The translations under genes were made by a program, and so were the position numbers. A DNA stretch of 20,000 nucleotides from an uncultured virus (IMG/VR IMGVR_UViG_3300033553_000824) (lineage: Duplodnaviria; Heunggongvirae; Uroviricota; Caudoviricetes), in the IMG/VR virus record IMGVR_UViG_3300033553_000824; one strand, given 5' to 3'. The first letter of the stretch is position 1; each line of letters starts with the position of its first letter. This document shows positions 8,104-17,195 of the stretch, piece by piece. A model generated the notes under the pieces. It worked only from the letters and a program-made list of their open reading frames with translations, was not told where the DNA came from and made no database searches.

Positions 8104-8306
8104 AACTACCAGAAACCGAACCCGAAATTACCGTAACAGTCGGAACCAAAGAATACAACATCCCACTTTCAGCAATGGTATCCCAAGAAGAATTCGACGC
8201 TGCGGTCTTGAATGCTCAAATTCGTCACAACCTTAAAACCCCTTCAGTAAGCGAAGACACCATCCTAAGCCTACCAGGTCTTGAAGGAATGACATTCGCC
8301 TCCTAA
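8100..8306 (+). CDS. Hypothetical protein, 68 aa, translationally coupled to the MNT gene
   Basis: ATGA overlap with the MNT stop and an AGGAGA RBS. Confidence 0.7.
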   Translation: MKLPETEPEITVTVGTKEYNIPLSAMVSQEEFDAAVLNAQIRHNLKTPSVSEDTILSLPGLEGMTFAS

Positions 8307-8408
8307 AGCAAACTCAACAGTATTATAAAGATCAAAACACTACCCCGCTCCTCAGCTTCTGAGTTGGTTGCCGATATTATTTTAGGGTATAGTAAAATAT
8401 GAGGCAAT

Positions 8409-9302
8409 ATGGAGATATTATCCAACAGAGAGTTGGCTGGTATAATTATTGCTGCACCTGCCGTGATACTTATACTATTTCTTTTAGTTAAAGAAAAAAG
8501 TCTTGCTAATCTTGTTAAAATTTTCTTTTCAAGCAAGTACTTGTGGGGGTTTTCAATAACCTATGTTTTCATCTGCGGTATTTCTGCTTTTTATCTGTAT
8601 CAACTAAATATACTTACTCTGTATAGCGCTTATGAAATGATTGTTATATTCTTAGCCGGATTTGTTTTTATATTTAATTTAAAAGAAAAACGATCTATAT
8701 TAAAATTAGATAACAAATATTACATAAAATCTACCTTGTCTGTTGTGTCCTTTACCGCTATTTTTGTAGTATTTATGAATCTTTATTCTTTTCCCCTATG
8801 GTTTGAAATTGTATTGGGAATCCTGTTATTCTTAATTATTCTTATAAAATCAGTAGTACCTGAGCCTAGGATTGTGCAGAAAAGCGCAAATGTTATAATT
8901 ATTATTTCCGTGACAGGAGCCTTATTCTACTCTGCCAGCTCTGCTTATATTTCTTACCAGACTGGTGAACTAGGTAAGGATATCACTGAGCTAACTAATG
9001 AACTAATTTTATCTTTTTACTTTTCAATAATTATATCGATGTTAGGTTATCTAATTGCTATTTTTACTCATTATAATAGAATGATAAGAACACATATAGA
9101 TGGTCAGATTTTCAATATTAGAAGAGGGGAAGTTGCTAGCAAACTGAAACGAAAAATAATTCTCTATTGTGGCTTTAACCTTAATAGGTGGATTAAGATT
9201 TCGCCGTATGTAGTGAGTGAATTTGTTAGGGCTAAAACTCGGCAAGATGTGGATGTAATTTGGGGTAAGTTGAAACAGCGGGATTTCTCACCAGCACGAT
9301 AA
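8409..9302 (+). CDS. Multi-pass membrane protein, very low GC
   Basis: About 7 hydrophobic segments and a basic soluble C-terminus; CCGATA (8371) and GAGG RBS upstream. Confidence 0.8.
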   Translation: MEILSNRELAGIIIAAPAVILILFLLVKEKSLANLVKIFFSSKYLWGFSITYVFICGISAFYLYQLNILTLYSAYEMIVIFLAGFVFIFNLKEKRSILKLDNKYYIKSTLSVVSFTAIFVVFMNLYSFPLWFEIVLGILLFLIILIKSVVPEPRIVQKSANVIIIISVTGALFYSASSAYISYQTGELGKDITELTNELILSFYFSIIISMLGYLIAIFTHYNRMIRTHIDGQIFNIRRGEVASKLKRKIILYCGFNLNRWIKISPYVVSEFVRAKTRQDVDVIWGKLKQRDFSPAR

Positions 9303-9396
9303 ACTAAAAATACCTAAATATTTAACATTGTCTACCATTTCTTACCAACATATCCGATAGATATAGTGGACAGGAAAGGTTAGGTGGTTTTCAGTT

Positions 9397-11499
9397 ATGG
9401 CAACTTCAAGCCCTCCTCTTTCGGAAACCAACCCTGAACTATTAGCGTTTTGGGATTATGAAAGAAACCACACTGAAGGTTGGTCTCCCAATAAACTACA
9501 AGCGGGTTCCGGTAAGCACACCCATTGGAAACACTGGCATGAAACTGTTTTACCTACTGGTGAGGAATGGGCTGGTTGGCATGAGTGGACACGTTCAGTG
9601 CAGAACCAGAAGAAATACAAAAGCTGCCCCGTATGTGAAGGCCAAACTATCCTTAAAGGTTTCAACGACATTTTTACACGCTTCCCGCATCTTGAAGAAG
9701 AATGGGATGTTGAACTCAACAACGAAGCTGGAATAGACCCTTACGTTATCAAACCTGGAAACAAAGCCCATCATGCTCATTGGAAACACTGGCATGAAAC
9801 AACTTTACTCAACGGTAAAAAATGGGCAGGCTGGCATAAATGGGAGATGAGCCCCAACAGCCGCACCCATGCAACTACACCACAATCATGCCCTATATGT
9901 GGTAAAACAAAACTCCTCAAAGGATACAACGACTTAGCGACAACCCACCCTCACCTACTCAAAGAATGGGACTACAAGAACAACCCGGATGTTAAACCTG
10001 AAGAGATTTTCGCAGGCACACATTCTTACGTTAACTGGCAATGCACTGAAGGGCACACCTGGAAAGCCAAAACATACGCCAGAGCATACATAGGAAGTGG
10101 ATGCCCTAAATGTAAAGGCCGGATATCTATTCCCGGTAAAACAGACTTAGCAACTTTGTACCCTGAAATCGCTAAACAATGGCACCCCACAAAAAACGGT
10201 AAACTCATCCCATCAGAGTTCCTAGTTTCGTCCGGCATGATAGTATGGTGGGCTCATGAGCTACCTGACGGTTCTTTACATGAATGGGAATCCCCTGTTT
10301 CTTACAGAACATCAAATAAAAAGAAAACGAAGGTAGATGGAACTGTTTATGATGGTGACGGCTGCCCTGTGTGTTTGAACAGGCGTTTAATTCCTGGGGT
10401 GAATGATTTAGCTACACTCTACCCTGAGATAGCTAAAATGTGGCATCCAACTATGAATGGTGATTTGAAACCATCAGAGGTCACTGCTGGCGGGGTAACC
10501 CAATACTGGTGGCAACATGAAGCTGATGAGAAAACGCCTCATGAATGGAAAGCAAGCCCTGAAAATATTGTTAACAACGGTGGGTGTATAAGATGCCTCA
10601 GAGGTTCCATAGCAGAAAGAGAACTAGCGGATTTCATCAGCTCAGAACTGAACGTATTAGTGAAAACCAGCGTAAGGAACATAATACAACATGAACTAGA
10701 TATTTATATACCCTCAAAGAACCTTGCTATAGAGTTCAACGGGTTATACTGGCATAGTGACGCTATGGGTAAAGACAGAAACTACCATTACAACAAATAT
10801 CAGGCATGTAAAGATAAAGGTATTCAACTTATCCAAATATGGGAAGACGACTGGCGGGAAAACAAAACTTTCATCAAACAAGCTTTAATACATAAACTCC
10901 AAGAGAACACCCAACCGAGTGTAGGTGCCCGCAAACTCAAACCCGTTAATCTAAACTATGCGGCATCAGCCGCATTCTTATCAGTCAACCACATTCAAGG
11001 ACCATCAACAGGCACCAAATACTATGGTCTCACAAGCCCAGAAACAGGTCTCAGAGCTGCTATAGTGCTAAAAAGGAATGGCAACAAGGGGCATGAAGGT
11101 GAGTGGCTTATAGAGCGTTACGCAACATCAGGGCCAACACCTGGAGGGTTCACAAAACTCTTAAAATACGCCGAAAGAGACATTACTGCTACCCACAAAA
11201 GCGCTCTTACACAATGGGTTACATTCTCAGATAACTGTATCAGTGACGGTGGGCTATATGCCAACAACGGTTTCACACTAGATAAAGAACTAGACCCAGA
11301 CTACATGTACCTGAAAAACGGTAACCGCATACATAAATTCAACTACAGGTTGAAACGTTTCCGCGAAGACCCTAACCTACTATGGGATGAAACCCTAAGC
11401 GAAAAAGGATTAGCTAAACTAAATAACATACACCGCATATGGGATGCCGGTAAAATCCGTTGGATAAAGACCATCCCAGCTGCAACCGATAGTCAATGA
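9397..11499 (+). CDS. Zinc-ribbon (DUF4379-like) x5 repeat protein with C-terminal PD-(D/E)XK / Hef-like endonuclease module
   Basis: Repeats of NDLAT.HP....W..HEW...CPxC, then ELDIYIPSKNLAIEFNGLYWH, IQLIQIWEDDW, NHIQG, GGFTKLL, RIWDAGKIRW. Confidence 0.88.
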   Translation: MATSSPPLSETNPELLAFWDYERNHTEGWSPNKLQAGSGKHTHWKHWHETVLPTGEEWAGWHEWTRSVQNQKKYKSCPVCEGQTILKGFNDIFTRFPHLEEEWDVELNNEAGIDPYVIKPGNKAHHAHWKHWHETTLLNGKKWAGWHKWEMSPNSRTHATTPQSCPICGKTKLLKGYNDLATTHPHLLKEWDYKNNPDVKPEEIFAGTHSYVNWQCTEGHTWKAKTYARAYIGSGCPKCKGRISIPGKTDLATLYPEIAKQWHPTKNGKLIPSEFLVSSGMIVWWAHELPDGSLHEWESPVSYRTSNKKKTKVDGTVYDGDGCPVCLNRRLIPGVNDLATLYPEIAKMWHPTMNGDLKPSEVTAGGVTQYWWQHEADEKTPHEWKASPENIVNNGGCIRCLRGSIAERELADFISSELNVLVKTSVRNIIQHELDIYIPSKNLAIEFNGLYWHSDAMGKDRNYHYNKYQACKDKGIQLIQIWEDDWRENKTFIKQALIHKLQENTQPSVGARKLKPVNLNYAASAAFLSVNHIQGPSTGTKYYGLTSPETGLRAAIVLKRNGNKGHEGEWLIERYATSGPTPGGFTKLLKYAERDITATHKSALTQWVTFSDNCISDGGLYANNGFTLDKELDPDYMYLKNGNRIHKFNYRLKRFREDPNLLWDETLSEKGLAKLNNIHRIWDAGKIRWIKTIPAATDSQ

Positions 11500-11561
11500 A
11501 CAATCCGATATGAACAACAGACAGAAAAACTAGTTAAGAAATTAAGGTTATAGGAGCAACC

Positions 11562-13652
11562 GTGGCAAACACAGAAACAGACAGTGAAGTATATGACGTA
11601 AGTTCACTTAAAAGCCTTGACCAAATAAGTCACATTAGGCATCGCATCGGAATGTACCTTTCTGGTTCAGGCTCAACAGGCATGACAGTAGCGCTCAGAG
11701 AACTAATAGATAACGCCTCAGACGAATTTGAGTATTTTTCAGGTGCCGGAGAAATCGTCATAAACTTCTACGAAGATGGCTCAGCAGAAGTATCAGACCA
11801 TGGTCGTGGTATCCCAACAGGGTTAGACAAAGATGGTATATCCGGTATAGAGTTAGCTTTAGGTAGAGTAGGTTCTGGTGGTAAGTTCAACAGTAAATCT
11901 TACAAAAATTCTTCGGGTTTAAACGGCGTCGGATCGTCAGCTACTAATGCAACTTCCACCAGAATGGATGCAACAGTTTATCAGAACGGTCAGCAGTTCC
12001 AGTTGTCTTTCCGGGAGGGCCGTCCTGGTCATTGGTCTGAACCTAATAACCCTGCCAGTAAATTCACTGTTTCAAGTAAAGTTAAAGTTGAGAAGGACCC
12101 TCGTACTGCTAAGGAGCAGAAGAGACGCCCCACTGGAACGACTATCCGGTTCTGGCCGGACAGGACTGTGTTTGATAAGGATGCACATTTCTTAGTGGAT
12201 GACATTAAAATAAGAATGAAATCTATTGCTTTCTTGGTTTCTGGTATGAGAATAGTTGTTAATGATTATGTTACACAACCTGGGGAGATGACCACAGAGG
12301 AATACCATTATGATGGTGGTATCGCTGAGATGGTACCGACTTTAACTCACCATCCGTTGGTAACTAAAACTCTTCTTTTCAGTACTTCAGGCGCTTTCAC
12401 TGCTAATGCTTCTGTCATGGATGATGACGGTCAGGTTTCTCAGCAGGAAGTGAATAGGGAAGTTGAAATAGAGTTAGCGTATGCTTACACTAACATGGAG
12501 GATAGTCATTTAGCTAGTTTCGTTAATAACATTAAAACCCATAATGGTGGAACCCATGAGAGTGGTATGTGGCGTGCTTTGTCTCGTGTTTGGGTTAACC
12601 ATATCAAGAACACTAAAGGTTATTTGAAAGCTAAGGAAGAGCCGCCTACTTTGGATGACGTGAAGGATGGTTTCGCTGGTGTTTTGTCTATTCGTATGCC
12701 GGAGCCTACTTTCACTGGGCAGGAGAAGTCTACTCTTAACACTCAGGAGGTGACTGCGGTTGTTTCGCAGGCTCTTGGTATGGAACTTCAGAGGTGGATT
12801 GATTTACCTAAGAATAAGAATGAAGTGAAGCGGTTTGGAACTAAAATTGTTGAAGCTTCTCGTATTCGTTTGGCAGCTAAGGCTTCTAAGGATACCGCTC
12901 GTAAGAAATCTGCTTTAGAGTCAGCTGCGTCATTGCCTGCTAAGCTTGTTGCTTGCTCTTCTGATAACCCTGATGAGATTGAGTTACACATATGCGAGGG
13001 AGAATCTGCGCTCGGAGGCTTGAAGAACTCTCGTGATAGTAGAACCGTTGCGTTGTATCCTTTGAAAGGTAAGCCTTTGAACGCTTATGATACTCCTCTT
13101 GGTACTATTTTGAAGAACCAGGAATGGGCTGACCTTATTCAGATTGTTGGTGCTGGTATGGGTAAGGAATTCAATGTTGATCAGATGAGGTATTCTCGGA
13201 TTGTTTTATTAGCTGACGGTGATGCCGATGGTAGTCATATTAGGGTTCTACTGATTGCTGGTTTCTGGCGTTTGATGCGACCTTTGGTTGAAGCCGGTAA
13301 GCTTTATGTTGCTTTGCCTCCTTTGTTTTCTATTACCACTAAAGGTAAAAACAAGGAGCGTTTCTATGCTTTGAACGAAGAGGAGCGGGACACTTTGGTG
13401 AAGAAACTCACTAAGCAAGGCAAAACTTGGGATAAGATACAGCGACACAAAGGTTTAGGTGAATATTCCCCTGAGATCCTTGAGGAAGTTGTTATGAACC
13501 CAGCTACTCGTGCTTTGAAGCAGGTTACTGTGGAGGACATTGAGATGTTAGAGAGTGTTCTTGAGCTGACTATGGGTAAGAACGCTGCTGGTAGGCGTGA
13601 CTGGATTGTTGAGAACCGCTCTATGGTTTCTGATGATGAAATAGATATGTAA
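11562..13652 (+). CDS. parE: Type IIA DNA topoisomerase subunit B (ParE-like; GyrB not excluded)
   Basis: GHKL ATPase motifs (ELIDNASDE, DHGRGIP, GGKF, GLNGVG) and TOPRIM motifs (EGESA, PLKGK, DGDADGSHI, QRHKGLGE). GTG start after AGGAG. LPAKL and the FREGRPG insert resemble actinobacterial ParE. Confidence 0.93.
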   Translation: MANTETDSEVYDVSSLKSLDQISHIRHRIGMYLSGSGSTGMTVALRELIDNASDEFEYFSGAGEIVINFYEDGSAEVSDHGRGIPTGLDKDGISGIELALGRVGSGGKFNSKSYKNSSGLNGVGSSATNATSTRMDATVYQNGQQFQLSFREGRPGHWSEPNNPASKFTVSSKVKVEKDPRTAKEQKRRPTGTTIRFWPDRTVFDKDAHFLVDDIKIRMKSIAFLVSGMRIVVNDYVTQPGEMTTEEYHYDGGIAEMVPTLTHHPLVTKTLLFSTSGAFTANASVMDDDGQVSQQEVNREVEIELAYAYTNMEDSHLASFVNNIKTHNGGTHESGMWRALSRVWVNHIKNTKGYLKAKEEPPTLDDVKDGFAGVLSIRMPEPTFTGQEKSTLNTQEVTAVVSQALGMELQRWIDLPKNKNEVKRFGTKIVEASRIRLAAKASKDTARKKSALESAASLPAKLVACSSDNPDEIELHICEGESALGGLKNSRDSRTVALYPLKGKPLNAYDTPLGTILKNQEWADLIQIVGAGMGKEFNVDQMRYSRIVLLADGDADGSHIRVLLIAGFWRLMRPLVEAGKLYVALPPLFSITTKGKNKERFYALNEEERDTLVKKLTKQGKTWDKIQRHKGLGEYSPEILEEVVMNPATRALKQVTVEDIEMLESVLELTMGKNAAGRRDWIVENRSMVSDDEIDM

Positions 13653-13683
13653 CAAACCTGTTTAGGTAGTTTATGGTTTGTTA
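13650..13683. terminator. Possible stem-loop between convergent genes
   Basis: TAACAAACC-N16-GGTTTGTTA directly after the topoisomerase stop; AT-rich stem with a large loop. Confidence 0.3.
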
Positions 13684-13746
13684 TTTCCGCAGAGAGACCT
13701 GTTAGGGCTATTCCATTCTTTGTTCTAAGGATACTGTTGGGATAAT

Positions 13747-15741
13747 TTAGCTGACAGCTCTTACCCAACGTATTTTACCGGAATCCCATATTCTCAAGAG
13801 TCCGTTCAGCTGGGCAAGCTCTTTTTCAGTTAAACCTTCTTGCCATTTGAGGGTTGTATCATTTCTGAAACGTTTAAGTCGGTAATTAAACTTGTGCGAA
13901 CGGATGCGTTGCCCGCGCCCGAAATACATATAGTCCGGTTCGAGTTCTTTATCTAGGGTAAAACCGTTGTTGGCGTATAGCCCACCATCACTGATACAGT
14001 TATCTGAGAATGTCACCCATTGAGTAATTATTTCGTTTTCAGATTTGAGCTGTTTCTCAGCGTATTTTAATAACCTTGTGAACCCTCCGGCCACTGGGAT
14101 ATTTGTAGCGTAGCGTTCTATGCTCCAGCGCCCTGGGTGTTTTTTGTTTACTTTCTTTATAGCTAGGACAGCTTTTATGTCTTCGGTTTCTGCTTTACTA
14201 GCTAGCGCGTAGTAGCGTGCGCTTTCCACCTGACCTTGTATGTGGTTTTTATCTAAGAACTCTGCAGCGCGAATTTGGGATACACGCTTTAGCACGAGTT
14301 TACGCGCACCAACCCTAAGCGAAGGATCTGTTTCTTGTAGCTTATGTAGAAGTGCGAGTTTGATAAAATCTTGCCTTGCTTCCCAGTCATCTTCCCAGAT
14401 TTGGATAAGTTGGATACCTTTATCTTTACAGTCCTTGTATTTGTTATAATGGTACTGCCTGTCTTTATGAGCTTCACTATGCCAGTATAAACCGTTGAAC
14501 TCTATAGCTATATTCTTCTCAGGGATGTAGATATCAAGTTCGCCTTTTATGATGTTCCGTTTATTCTTCTGTATGTCAAGGTGGGGTAGTTTGGATTTTA
14601 AGAACTCTTTTAAAGCTTCTTCGGGGTTCGATATGTTACCAACACCGCAAACCGGGCAGCCTTTTCCGGCTGCTCTGTTATACATAGCGGTTTTAGTTAC
14701 GTGACCTTTAGGGCATTTCCAGGACGCGATGTAGTTACTGAAAGCTGAAACCTCGTCAGGTTTTCTTTCGTTACCTTGAAAATCCCATTCAGTAAGCAGC
14801 TCAGGGTGTGTTGTTATCATGTCATTGAATCCGTTTTCGATCCTATGGCTTGAACATACGGGGCAACCTGGATAGTTTTTTACATAAGTATCGCCTTTCA
14901 TATCAAAAGTGTGACCCCTGTCGCATAGCCACCATAAAATATTTCCGGTATTCATCATGAAATCAACTGGTTTTTTAGTCCCATTTTTAGTTGGGTGAAA
15001 ATGTGCTGCGATCTCGGGATGAGTCGTAACCATATCATTAACGCCCGGTATGGCTTTCTGACCTGCGCAGTACACACAATAGTGTCTTACTCGGCCTTTA
15101 ACGGTGGCTTTAATTTCATGCCCTTCTTTACATGTCCACCAAGCGGCTTTACCGGAGCCAGCTGAAACCGCCGTTGCATCAAAACCACTTTTAGTTACGT
15201 TAAGCTCAGCAGCGAGGTCAGGATGAGTAGTTAGAAGGTCATTCACTCCGGCGATAGTTCTTCTGCGCCCGCCACTACATAAAGGGCATCCTGTTTTTTG
15301 CTGTACCTTAGGTACTTGCTTCTGGATAAGATCCTGCCATTCGTGTTGACAATCTTCGCCTTGCCACCAGACAGTTTCACTTGAACCTTTGAAGAAATCC
15401 TCAGGATGTAACCCCAAAGGGGCGTTTCTCTTATAGTTCCACCGTTTAGTGATATCAGGAGTGGTGCTAACCAGGTCGTTAAAACCGTAAAGTAGTTGTT
15501 TCGGGGGTTTACTGCAGATAGGGCAGTCGGAACCGCTTAGCCTTGAAGCTAACGAACTTTTGTAAGTGTGACCACATTTACCTTCCCACCAGGCTTTACT
15601 TTTTTGTGTGAACACTAATAAACCGTTATCTGCGTATGTGGCTTCTTTGCTGTAATTCAGATAAGGATGAAGTTCCTCTGTTATGTCAGGACGGCGGGTG
15701 AAAGCAACAGTCTGACTGTAGGCTTTAGCATTAAATATCAT
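13747..15741 (-). CDS. Zinc-ribbon x5 repeat protein with PD-(D/E)XK / Hef-like endonuclease module (paralogue 2)
   Basis: Five CxxC-ending repeats; ELDIYIPEKNIAIEFNGLYWH...RIWDSGKIRWVRAVS. Confidence 0.88.
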   Translation of the reverse strand: MIFNAKAYSQTVAFTRRPDITEELHPYLNYSKEATYADNGLLVFTQKSKAWWEGKCGHTYKSSLASRLSGSDCPICSKPPKQLLYGFNDLVSTTPDITKRWNYKRNAPLGLHPEDFFKGSSETVWWQGEDCQHEWQDLIQKQVPKVQQKTGCPLCSGGRRRTIAGVNDLLTTHPDLAAELNVTKSGFDATAVSAGSGKAAWWTCKEGHEIKATVKGRVRHYCVYCAGQKAIPGVNDMVTTHPEIAAHFHPTKNGTKKPVDFMMNTGNILWWLCDRGHTFDMKGDTYVKNYPGCPVCSSHRIENGFNDMITTHPELLTEWDFQGNERKPDEVSAFSNYIASWKCPKGHVTKTAMYNRAAGKGCPVCGVGNISNPEEALKEFLKSKLPHLDIQKNKRNIIKGELDIYIPEKNIAIEFNGLYWHSEAHKDRQYHYNKYKDCKDKGIQLIQIWEDDWEARQDFIKLALLHKLQETDPSLRVGARKLVLKRVSQIRAAEFLDKNHIQGQVESARYYALASKAETEDIKAVLAIKKVNKKHPGRWSIERYATNIPVAGGFTRLLKYAEKQLKSENEIITQWVTFSDNCISDGGLYANNGFTLDKELEPDYMYFGRGQRIRSHKFNYRLKRFRNDTTLKWQEGLTEKELAQLNGLLRIWDSGKIRWVRAVS

Positions 15742-15870
15742 AAGGGTTAATTCCTATCGGAGCTTTACTGATGATTATAGCACACTGCCCAGGGGAGTTG
15801 TTACATCTTTGCCAAAGTAGGACCGATAGTATTAAATATCAAGATAACATTTTACAAAGGAAATATAAAT

Positions 15871-16779
15871 ATGAATATAATATTGGCAGATGGGGATATA
15901 GGCCCAGGGGACTATGCTCAGCTGCGGTCTGTAAATGATAGTTTTGAATTTCCAAAAGGTATAAATAACATTGGCGAATATAGCGAGGAGCTTGTTCTTT
16001 CATTCTTTGAAGATCAGGTAGGAGCTAACAATGTTTTCAAACCGAAAACAACTAAAATCCAAGGGGTAGGTGAATATGAGCTGTCTGATGGTATTGTTAG
16101 ATACTTTGATACTCTTTTTATCTTACAAACAAAATCCAGAAGTCCTGACAATGACAAATTAACTGGAGAAGGCGGTCTCCTCAAATGGGTAGACAGAAAA
16201 ACTAAGGCCGCAGTCAGACAGGGTAAAGAGAGTATCCGCAAGATAAGGGCCACCGCCGATGATTGCATAGAACTAACTAATCGCAATGGCGAAAAAGAAA
16301 ATATTGACATAAATAAATATAATCTGGCCATCCTTCTTCTTATTGTTGCTCCGGGAATAAGTAAAATAGCACATGATGACAATCAATCAATCAGAACTAA
16401 CAATAAGGAGCAAATAGATGGCGCTCCTTTAATAAGAATGTTTTATAATGATCTGTTATACTGTAGTAATTTCTTAAGGGAAATGCAAACCCACCCTAAT
16501 GATAGCGGATATTCTTTGATTATGCACTTTATAAGATTATTACAGTACCAAACTAAGCATAAGATTGGTACTGGTGTCCGCGATTTTATTAATTTCTTTT
16601 TAGTTGTTTCGAATGATGGTAATTTAAGTGCCTATAAAGAGCTTATAGAACAGTTAGATATAATGTTTGATAAGAATAAAGCAAATAAGCATCTGGTTAA
16701 AAAAATATCAGGCTTTTTAGATTATCTTGAATTAGAATACAAAAAAAGGTTTAATATTTTTTTTGCTAAATTATCGTAA
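15871..16779 (+). CDS. NERD-like PD-(D/E)XK nuclease-fold protein, probably truncated by a frameshift
   Basis: GEYSEE...ELSDGIVRYFDTLFILQTKSR fits an E..D..QxK pattern; CCGATA (15823) and AAAGGA RBS; low GC. Confidence 0.65.
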   Translation: MNIILADGDIGPGDYAQLRSVNDSFEFPKGINNIGEYSEELVLSFFEDQVGANNVFKPKTTKIQGVGEYELSDGIVRYFDTLFILQTKSRSPDNDKLTGEGGLLKWVDRKTKAAVRQGKESIRKIRATADDCIELTNRNGEKENIDINKYNLAILLLIVAPGISKIAHDDNQSIRTNNKEQIDGAPLIRMFYNDLLYCSNFLREMQTHPNDSGYSLIMHFIRLLQYQTKHKIGTGVRDFINFFLVVSNDGNLSAYKELIEQLDIMFDKNKANKHLVKKISGFLDYLELEYKKRFNIFFAKLS

Positions 16780-16902
16780 AGTACTTTTTGTTCTTGGAAA
16801 TGAGGATAAAAAAGTCATCTATCTACTTTTACGTGCTGATAACAAAGATTATAAAAGCCTGAGGCTTTTTGAAAAAACGCTCCGAACATAGTTAACAAAT
16901 AT

Positions 16903-17136
16903 TTGGAAGAGAAGTCTTCTCAAATGAACTTAGACGCTGATATACGTACTTATTATCCTTGCGTTGTCGCCCTACTTGGTTATGACGATAGGGGAACCCC
17001 TAAATTTAGTTTATATATTGACGAAAGATCAAAGAAGATACTAGAAGAAGAACATCTTAAAGAAGATCTCCCATCAATTGGTAGAATATTAGAAGAATTA
17101 GGCGACGAATTACCTATTACCTCGGATATAACGTAG
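16903..17136 (+). pseudogene. Probable C-terminal fragment of the 15871 gene, or a small independent ORF
   Basis: No RBS; same frame as 15871 and open from 16873; bridged to it by an open +1 frame at 16742-16888. Confidence 0.45.
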
Positions 17137-17195
17137 CCGGACGCTAATGCTTTGTAGCATAGGTATCCTTGATTTGGAGCGCTTTTAAGATTGGT

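Noticed and set aside
9397..15741. Composite transposon or intron/intein interpretation of the nuclease-topoisomerase-nuclease block
   Set aside because: No transposase motif, terminal inverted repeats or target duplication seen, and the topoisomerase ORF is uninterrupted.
16853..16870. AAAAGCC-TGA-GGCTTTTT terminator-like hairpin
   Set aside because: Only three GC pairs, and it lies within the likely frameshifted coding continuation.
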